Shown here: one piece after another, positions 1-6,835 of the stretch
How positions within the stretch are numbered: position 1 is the first letter of the stretch
Layout: each line of letters begins with the position of its first letter
Source of the DNA: an archaeon
GTDB taxonomy: Archaea > Iainarchaeota > Iainarchaeia > Iainarchaeales > JANQMZ01
NCBI GenBank assembly: GCA_028279805.1
Contig: JANQMZ010000007.1
Location: 90,001-122,000 of the forward strand
DNA length: 32,000 nucleotides
Direction: 5' to 3'
Notes under the pieces: generated by a model
Told to the model about the DNA's origin: nothing
Database searches by the model: none
What the model saw: the letters and a program-made list of their open reading frames with translations, nothing else
Program-made: the position numbers and the translations under genes

Positions 1-42
1 AAAAGTCCAGGCATCCAGCCCGATAACCATTACTTTTCCCAT
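1..42 (-). CDS. N-terminus (14 codons, truncated by window edge) of a probable type I phosphodiesterase/nucleotide pyrophosphatase, alkaline phosphatase superfamily
   Basis: Minus-strand ATG at 42 reads MGKVMVIGLDAWTF..., resembling the M-(x)-VIGLDG-x-T/W start of this family. It lies downstream and in the same orientation as the sulfatase-like gene. Too short for the ORF track. Confidence 0.5.
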   Translation of the reverse strand, partial: MGKVMVIGLDAWTF

Positions 43-128
43 TTTAACGCCTTTTTTTTATGTTTTTGTATAAATTCTTTGTTTTTTGGTTTAACAATTT
101 TTGGGTACAACTTTAAACAGGCTTTTTC

Positions 129-1487
129 TTAAAGATAACCCATTCCTTTCATCTGTTCTTTTGTTTTATCAGTAATTTCAACTTGTATTTCTTTATCAGG
201 CAGCTTGTTATTTTTAATCAAATCATTAATCATTTTTTCAAATTCTGCAACTTTTTCAGGTTTTTCAGCTGCAAGATTTTTTAATTCACCCGGATCTTGT
301 TTTAAATTAAAAAGTTTTACATCTTGTGTTACAGTTTTTGTTAATTTTTTTTCCTTTGACAAATTAAAAAACTGTTTAACATACCCAAAAATGTTTTTTA
401 TAAACTTTAACGAAAAAACTTTTTTTGCTTCAAAATATTTTTTAATATACTTCCATTCATTTGTTCTCACAGAACGCATTAACTTAAAATGCTGCTGAAA
501 TTCTGTTATGCCAACCAAGTCAAATTCTTTTTCTCCTCGAATCATCGGCATTAAATTTTTTCCGTGAAATTTTGTTTTTTCTTTTATTTCTGTTAAACTT
601 AAAACAGTGGGCAGCAAATCAATATGCCTCACCAACGGCTTTATTTTTTTCCCGGCCGGAATCAAACCAGGGCATCTTATTATTATAGGAACTTTTACAA
701 CCTCATCAAACATATACCATAACCCGTGTCCCAACTGCTTGCTTTCTTCTTTCCTGTCAAATAATATTTCACCATTATCTGATGTGATTATGACAATTGT
801 GTTGTCAAGCAGATTCATTTTTTTTAATTCTTCAAATAAAATTTTTAATTTTTCATCAGCATCTTTTATTCCCGCATCATATAAATCTTTTAATGCTTCA
901 ATATCCTCCTTTGAAAACATTCCCTTGCTTGCAAATTCCTTTAATTTCGGAATGTCCGTTGCAGCTGTTTTTCTGTACCTGTTTTTTAAAGTTTTTTTTG
1001 ACAAATATTTTTCAGGCGGATCAAAAGGATAATGAATATCAAAACAGTGAACAAAAGCAAACCATTTTTCATTTTTATGCTGTTTAACCCATTCCAAAAA
1101 CTGTTCTGTTTTAATGTCAAGATTTCTTCCCTCATCATTGTAAACATCAAATCCTCGCTCCCATCCGAAATCTTTAGCCATTATTACTCCGCCAGTAAAA
1201 GCACCTGTTTTGTATCCTGCGTTTTTCATCATTTCAGCCCAGGTTTTATATTTTGGTAAAAGATAAAAATTTTTTTTATCCGCAGTATGCATAAAAGCGT
1301 TTAAACCGGTAAACAAAGCCATATGTGCCGGAGCAGTCCAGTTTCCCTGTGTTATCGCTGTTTCAAACAATGTTCCCTGTGAGGCAATTTTATCAATAAA
1401 AGGAGTTGTTTTTTTATGGTAACCATAACAACCCATATGATTCTGCCTTAAAGAATCAAGCAAAATTACTAACACATTTTTAGCCAT
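129..1487 (-). CDS. Sulfatase-fold (alkaline phosphatase superfamily) protein; the ORF track start at 1496 is probably a GTG inside the Shine-Dalgarno
   Basis: NVLVILLDSLRQNHMGCYGYHKKTTPFID at the N-terminus, IVIITSDNGE and GHG metal-site-like motifs, C-terminal LFNLKQDPGELKNLA as in sulfatases. Start refined to the ATG after GTGAAAAAA. Confidence 0.85.
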   Translation of the reverse strand: MAKNVLVILLDSLRQNHMGCYGYHKKTTPFIDKIASQGTLFETAITQGNWTAPAHMALFTGLNAFMHTADKKNFYLLPKYKTWAEMMKNAGYKTGAFTGGVIMAKDFGWERGFDVYNDEGRNLDIKTEQFLEWVKQHKNEKWFAFVHCFDIHYPFDPPEKYLSKKTLKNRYRKTAATDIPKLKEFASKGMFSKEDIEALKDLYDAGIKDADEKLKILFEELKKMNLLDNTIVIITSDNGEILFDRKEESKQLGHGLWYMFDEVVKVPIIIRCPGLIPAGKKIKPLVRHIDLLPTVLSLTEIKEKTKFHGKNLMPMIRGEKEFDLVGITEFQQHFKLMRSVRTNEWKYIKKYFEAKKVFSLKFIKNIFGYVKQFFNLSKEKKLTKTVTQDVKLFNLKQDPGELKNLAAEKPEKVAEFEKMINDLIKNNKLPDKEIQVEITDKTKEQMKGMGYL

Positions 1488-1624
1488 TTTTTTCACAATA
1501 CACTATTTTTCAAAGACACCTTTTTTAAGTGTTCTTTTAGCGTTTTTTTGTTATTGCACCAAAAAGCTATTTATATTCAAAAAAGCATTTATTTGAGTTT
1601 TAAACTGTTTTAAGGTGTTTTTTT

Positions 1625-2830
1625 ATAAAAGTTCAGATTATTTTTAACGCATTTCCACCTCAAATTGTGGGAGGCTCAATCCGCGCCTATTCTTTCTGCA
1701 AATATTTAACAAAACTGGGACATGAAGTTTTTCTTGTTACAAAAAAACAATCCGAAAAAGATTTGAAAGATTTTCCAATTCCAAAAAACTGTCACATTAC
1801 CAGAACAACAGGCAAAATGCTTTCATTCATTTTTCCGGGAGCAGGCTATGTTCCTTTTTTTTTGTTTAACTCGCCTGTGCTGAACAAAAAAAACAAAATT
1901 GATTTAATTCACGGTTCCTCACCAACAATCGGTTCTGCTTTAACAGCTTTTTTGCTTAAAAAAATAACAAAAAAACCTTTTGTTATGGGAATTCGTGACC
2001 CGTGGATGAGAAGCGTTGAATTAGACAAAAACATTTACAGTTTTGCAAGAATTAATCCAAAAAAAGGTCTGGGAAAAATTAAAAACTTGCTTGAAAAAAA
2101 ACTTGTGTTTGCAGCTGATGCGATTGTTGTAACAAATCCTGCAATAATTGACGAAACAATTTTACTGCACCCCGGTTTAAACAGAAAAAAATTTTTTACA
2201 GTCTGGAATGCAGCTGATTTGGATGATTTTAAAAATGTTAAAACAAAAAAAGAAAAAAAATTTACAATTGTTTACTCAGGCGCTTTATACAAGTCAAGAG
2301 TTGTTGACAGTTTAATTAAAGCAATGCAGTTTGTTGACGCACAGCTGATAATTACAGGTTCCGGTCCCCAAAAAGAAGTTCAGTATTTTAAAAAACTTTT
2401 AAAGAAAAAAAATCTTGAAAAAAAAGTTTTAATGAAAGGCATTGTTTCAAACAAAAAACTTTATTCAACATGGCTTTCAGCTGATTTATTGTTTTCAGGC
2501 CTGAAGCCAATAACAGTTAACAAATATTTAATGCCTTCCAAAGTTTTCAATTACATGGCAGCCGGAAAACCAATTTTATGCACAGGCTGTGAAAATGGTG
2601 ACTTGGATAAAGTTTTAAAAAAATATAACTGCGGCAAAATGATTTATTCCGATAAACCTGAACAAATTGCCAAAGCAATAAACCATTTTAAAAAAAATAA
2701 GAATTTAATGAAAAAATTTGCTAAAAATGCAAGAAAAGCTGTTGAACAAAAATTTAACAGAAAACAACAGGCAATGGAACTTGTAAAAGCGTATAAATTT
2801 GCCTTAAAAAAGCCAAATTCTGAGGATTGA
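1625..2830 (+). CDS. Glycosyltransferase family 4 (GT-B); likely true start is a non-canonical ATA at 1625, ORF track start GTG 1667
   Basis: Reading frame open upstream of 1667 and encodes (M)KVQIIFNAFPPQIVGGSIRAYSF, the standard first beta strand/glycine loop of GT4 enzymes. C-terminal KVFNYMAAGKPILCT...D...I motif. SD AAGGTG at 1612-1617. Confidence 0.85.
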   Translation: MKVQIIFNAFPPQIVGGSIRAYSFCKYLTKLGHEVFLVTKKQSEKDLKDFPIPKNCHITRTTGKMLSFIFPGAGYVPFFLFNSPVLNKKNKIDLIHGSSPTIGSALTAFLLKKITKKPFVMGIRDPWMRSVELDKNIYSFARINPKKGLGKIKNLLEKKLVFAADAIVVTNPAIIDETILLHPGLNRKKFFTVWNAADLDDFKNVKTKKEKKFTIVYSGALYKSRVVDSLIKAMQFVDAQLIITGSGPQKEVQYFKKLLKKKNLEKKVLMKGIVSNKKLYSTWLSADLLFSGLKPITVNKYLMPSKVFNYMAAGKPILCTGCENGDLDKVLKKYNCGKMIYSDKPEQIAKAINHFKKNKNLMKKFAKNARKAVEQKFNRKQQAMELVKAYKFALKKPNSED

Positions 2831-2883
2831 TCCAATAAGTAAAAAAAGCTTTGTTGCGGAATGGTGTAAGGAGGAATTTTTTT

Positions 2884-4125
2884 TTGAAAATATCTGTAAT
2901 AGGTTTGGGCAGGGTAGGATTGCCTTTTGCCGTGTTTTTGGCTCACAAAGGTTTTCAGGTAACCGGCCTGGACATAAATGAAAAACTGGTTCAAAAGATT
3001 TCCACAGGCAAAGCTCCTTTTTTTGAACCAAACCTTGAAAAATTGTTAAAAAAAACAATTGAACAAAAGACTTTTCAGCCCACAACGGATTATGCCCAGA
3101 CAGCTGATTCTGATATTTTTTTAATAACAGTCTGGACACCTGTTGAAAAAGCTGAACCTGACCTGACTTCTCTTGAAAAAGTTTTTTCACAACTCGAAAA
3201 ACATTTCAAGCCGGAGCAATTGTTTATAATTAAGTCAACTGTTCCTGTAGGAACTTCCAGAAAATTTTTGGAACAGCTTGAAAAAAAATGGAACAAGAAA
3301 TGCGGAAAAGATTTTTATTTTGCTTTTGTTCCTGAAAGAATGGTTGAAGGAAAAGCACTTGAAGAAATTGAAAAAATTACAAAAATAATAGGTTCAAAAG
3401 ACGAGCAAAGTGAAAAAAAAGCAAAAGAATTTTTTAAAAAAATAGGGGGAAAAATTGCAACAGTTGACCTGGAAACAGCTGAATTTGTTAAAATTCTTGA
3501 CAATGCATACCGTTACACTAACATTGCAATAGGCAACCAGATTTTTTTCTGGTGCAATTCTCTTGGCTTGGACGCACGAAAAGTTATAAGCGTTGCAAAT
3601 GAAGGCTATGAACGCAACAATATTTTTTTGCCCGGTCCCGCGGGCGGCCCTTGTCTGGGAAAAGACACCAAAATGTTAAAATATTGTGTTGAAAAAACAG
3701 GTTTTAATCCGAAACTTGTTGATATTGTTCTTGAAACAAACAGCAAAATGAATGATTTTATTGTAAACATGGCTGAAGAAAAACTTGGCAGTTTAAAAAA
3801 CAAAAAAATTCTTGTATTCGGAGTTGCGTTTAAAGGAAAACCTCAGAATGATGATATCAAAAACAGCCCTGCCATTCCCATTATTTCAGAATTAAAACAA
3901 AAAGGTGCAACGGTTTATGCTTTTGATTCTCTTGTTTCGCAAAAAGACATTGAAAAAATTGGCGCAATAAAAACTGATTCAAATAATACAGATGTTGACC
4001 TTGCTTTGGTTTTAAACAATAACCCCGATTTTGAAAAAATCGATTTTTCAGGCTTTAAACAGGTTATTGATTGCTGGAATGTTGTTAAAAAAAAGCCTCA
4101 GAATTATACTTGCTTGGGTATTTAA
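2884..4125 (+). CDS. Nucleotide-sugar (UDP-sugar) dehydrogenase, divergent WecC/UGD-like; start refined to TTG 2884
   Basis: KISVIGLGRVGLPFAVFLAHKGFQVTGLDIN Rossmann N-terminus, STVPVGTS motif, GPAGGPCLGKDT around the catalytic-type Cys. SD AAGGAGG just upstream of TTG 2884. Confidence 0.85.
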   Translation: MKISVIGLGRVGLPFAVFLAHKGFQVTGLDINEKLVQKISTGKAPFFEPNLEKLLKKTIEQKTFQPTTDYAQTADSDIFLITVWTPVEKAEPDLTSLEKVFSQLEKHFKPEQLFIIKSTVPVGTSRKFLEQLEKKWNKKCGKDFYFAFVPERMVEGKALEEIEKITKIIGSKDEQSEKKAKEFFKKIGGKIATVDLETAEFVKILDNAYRYTNIAIGNQIFFWCNSLGLDARKVISVANEGYERNNIFLPGPAGGPCLGKDTKMLKYCVEKTGFNPKLVDIVLETNSKMNDFIVNMAEEKLGSLKNKKILVFGVAFKGKPQNDDIKNSPAIPIISELKQKGATVYAFDSLVSQKDIEKIGAIKTDSNNTDVDLALVLNNNPDFEKIDFSGFKQVIDCWNVVKKKPQNYTCLGI

Positions 4126-5484
4126 ATGAGTTATCAGAAATTAAGCGAATTGGTTATAGAAAACGATTTGTGCATGGATTGTGGTAGCTGTGTGGCGGCA
4201 TGCCCTGATGACGATTTGGAAATGATTGACGAAAAGCCCCAGAATCCTAAAAAAAAATGTAATCATGTTGAGGTTACCGCTGCCTGCCCGAGAATTTTTT
4301 TTGACGATGATTTTAATAAAAAATCTGTTGATGCTCAAAAATTTCATCCTTTTGTGGGCAAATATTCGGATATTTTTGTGGGAAAGACAAAAAATAAAGA
4401 TGTGTTAAAAGTTGCTTCCGGCGGAGGTGTTGTTTCAACTATTTTAATCAATTCAATTGAAAAAGGTTTAATTGACGGTACAACCGTTGTTGATTACAAT
4501 GAAGAAAAACCCTGGGAACCTGTTGTTAAAATTGTTAAAACAAAAAAAGAAATAATCAAGGCAGCACAATCAAAATATATTATTGTGCCTATGAATCCTG
4601 TTTTCAGAGAACTGGTTAAAAAAAAGGGAAAATTTGCAGTTGTTTTATTGCCATGCCAGGTTCAGGGTTTGAAAAAAATTTTAAAAATGGATAACGATTT
4701 TTCAAAAAAGCTCAGAAAAAAAATAGGGCTGGTTATTGCATTATTTTGTGCCAACAACAACCATTTTGACATGACTCAGTTTATGTTTGACAAATTAAAT
4801 GTTAAAAAAGAAAATGTCAGCGAAATAAATTTTCGTGTTACAAATATTCCCGGTGCATCTCAGACAGGCGGTTTTTTTGTCAAGTTAAAAAATGGTGAGG
4901 AAAAATATTTTGACAAAGAATATTACAATTTTTTAAGGCATTTTTTTATGATGAAAGGCTGCAAATATTGTACCGATTTAACAGGAGAATATGCCGATAT
5001 TTCTGTTGGAGACATGTGGCTTTCAAAATACAGGGATGGAAACGAATTGCCTGCAATGCTTATCACCCGGACAACGCGTGGCAAAAAAGTTTTGGATGCT
5101 GCAAAAAATCTTATTGAATTTAAAAAAATTCCTTTAAATGATTTAATTGAATGCCAGATTGATTCTTTTCTGGATAGAAAATTCAGAACATTTCAAAGAC
5201 TTGAAAGAAAATCAAAAAAAGGACATTTTGTGACAAAATATAAAATGGACCGCGTTAAACCCGGTTTGGAACTGTATAACGGCTGGAAAGTCAAAAACTC
5301 TGATCCGGGCTGGATTATGAGCAGAATTGAAAGTGTTTGGGAATTTTTGCATAATTTAAAAGACAGTTCTGTTGGAAGAATTTTTTTGAAAATTATTCCG
5401 TTAAAAGTCTGGCATTTTTTCATTCACTATTTTTACAGAATTACTTTTTTTGTTTTAAGAAGAAAAATTTTAACAAAGGATTAA
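4126..5484 (+). CDS. Ferredoxin-domain + coenzyme F420 hydrogenase/dehydrogenase beta-subunit (FrhB)-like protein
   Basis: CMDCGSCVAACP Fe-S motif at the N-terminus; SGGGVVSTILINSIEKGLIDG, LLPCQVQGLKKI, KGCKYCTDLTGEYADISVGDMW signatures of the FrhB family. Confidence 0.8.
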   Translation: MSYQKLSELVIENDLCMDCGSCVAACPDDDLEMIDEKPQNPKKKCNHVEVTAACPRIFFDDDFNKKSVDAQKFHPFVGKYSDIFVGKTKNKDVLKVASGGGVVSTILINSIEKGLIDGTTVVDYNEEKPWEPVVKIVKTKKEIIKAAQSKYIIVPMNPVFRELVKKKGKFAVVLLPCQVQGLKKILKMDNDFSKKLRKKIGLVIALFCANNNHFDMTQFMFDKLNVKKENVSEINFRVTNIPGASQTGGFFVKLKNGEEKYFDKEYYNFLRHFFMMKGCKYCTDLTGEYADISVGDMWLSKYRDGNELPAMLITRTTRGKKVLDAAKNLIEFKKIPLNDLIECQIDSFLDRKFRTFQRLERKSKKGHFVTKYKMDRVKPGLELYNGWKVKNSDPGWIMSRIESVWEFLHNLKDSSVGRIFLKIIPLKVWHFFIHYFYRITFFVLRRKILTKD

Positions 5485-5485
5485 A

Positions 5486-6835
5486 ATGAATATAAAAAAA
5501 GCAATTGAATTAAATCTTGGCTGGCTTGATTCAATGCATCAAAAAAAAGGCTTTTCAGGGCCTGTGACACATTACTGGAAAGATTCCCTGAATTACATTG
5601 GCCCTTCTCTTGACTGGGCTTATGAAGGATTAATAATTTCATTCATTTCATTGTTTGAAAAAACAGGACAAAAAGAATTTTTGGAAAAAGCGGTAATGCT
5701 TGGAGATGAACTTGTTGAAAACCAGAACAGTTTTGGAACTTTTTTTAATTCAAATTTTGAATCAAATCCGTCAATTTTTGACGGTTCAACTCCTCATGAA
5801 ACAGCTGCATGCATCGGCTTAATGCATCTTGTAAAAAAACTGGATTCCATGGGTCAAAATTTTGAAAAATATTTAAATGCTGTTAAAAAAAATATTGAAA
5901 ATTTTCATTTAAAAATTTTATGGGATTCAAAAAAAGAAGCTTTTTTTCAATATCGTTTTGACAAAAAACTGCATGTTCCAAACAAAAATGCAACAATTGT
6001 TGAACTTCTTTTACTGGTTGACGATTTTTTAAAAGAAGAAAAATATTTTTATTACGCCAAAAAATCCTCAGAATTTATAATAGCACAACAGCATAAAAAT
6101 GGAGGAATTTTTCAGTCAGATTCCCGGAAAAGAATTATAACTTTTTACACTGCCAGATGCATTCCCGCTTTAATTCAGATGTATAAAAAAACAAATCAAA
6201 AAAAATTTTTAAACTCGGCTTTAAAAGCAGGAAAATTTATAGAAAAAATGTTTTCCCCTAAAAACGGCTTTTATTTTGGCTTAATGAAGCAAAAAAATGA
6301 ATGGCTTTTGTTCAAATACCCTGTTTTTATTGCAGGTTCAGCAGATATTATAAGGGCTATAATTGAACTGCAAAACTTTGGAAAAAAAAGTGTTTCAGAA
6401 AAAATAAAATGGTTTTTATCAAAACAAAACCCGAACGGCTCTTTTCCGACTTCTTTTGGAATGAACAAAAAAAACCAGGCAACCGATTATTCCGGCAAAC
6501 CTTTCTGGCGTGATATTATAGGAGTTGTAGGATGGAATGACAAAGCGTTAAGGCTTTTGGTTTCGCTGTTAAAAAAAAGAGAAAAAATAAAACCTTTGCA
6601 GATTAAAAATTTTGAATTTGAATGCGAAGATGCTTTTTTTAAAGAAACTAAAAGCAAAATAATAATTTCAGGAAAAGAAAATTTTGTATTTAAAAAAAAT
6701 GCAGTATTTTCCTCCAACAATTTTTTTAAAAAAATAATTTTAAAACTGGCTTTAATTTATTCTCAGATTTTTAAAGATTATAAATCAAATTCAGTCGGTT
6801 TCACAAGAAAAGTTTTCAATTTTTTATTAAAATAA
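5486..6835 (+). CDS. Alpha/alpha-toroid protein (six-hairpin-glycosidase / prenyltransferase-like repeats), function unknown
   Basis: Repeated helical-hairpin units (YIGPSLDWAYEGLIISFISLFEKTGQKEFLEKAV; IPALIQMYKKTNQKKFLNSALKAG; IKWFLSKQNPNGSFPTSF). Confidence 0.6.
   Translation: MNIKKAIELNLGWLDSMHQKKGFSGPVTHYWKDSLNYIGPSLDWAYEGLIISFISLFEKTGQKEFLEKAVMLGDELVENQNSFGTFFNSNFESNPSIFDGSTPHETAACIGLMHLVKKLDSMGQNFEKYLNAVKKNIENFHLKILWDSKKEAFFQYRFDKKLHVPNKNATIVELLLLVDDFLKEEKYFYYAKKSSEFIIAQQHKNGGIFQSDSRKRIITFYTARCIPALIQMYKKTNQKKFLNSALKAGKFIEKMFSPKNGFYFGLMKQKNEWLLFKYPVFIAGSADIIRAIIELQNFGKKSVSEKIKWFLSKQNPNGSFPTSFGMNKKNQATDYSGKPFWRDIIGVVGWNDKALRLLVSLLKKREKIKPLQIKNFEFECEDAFFKETKSKIIISGKENFVFKKNAVFSSNNFFKKIILKLALIYSQIFKDYKSNSVGFTRKVFNFLLK

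Noticed and set aside
607-1259. Overlapping + strand ORFs of 141, 96 and 75 aa
   Set aside because: All antisense to the sulfatase-like gene, no SD or family signature.
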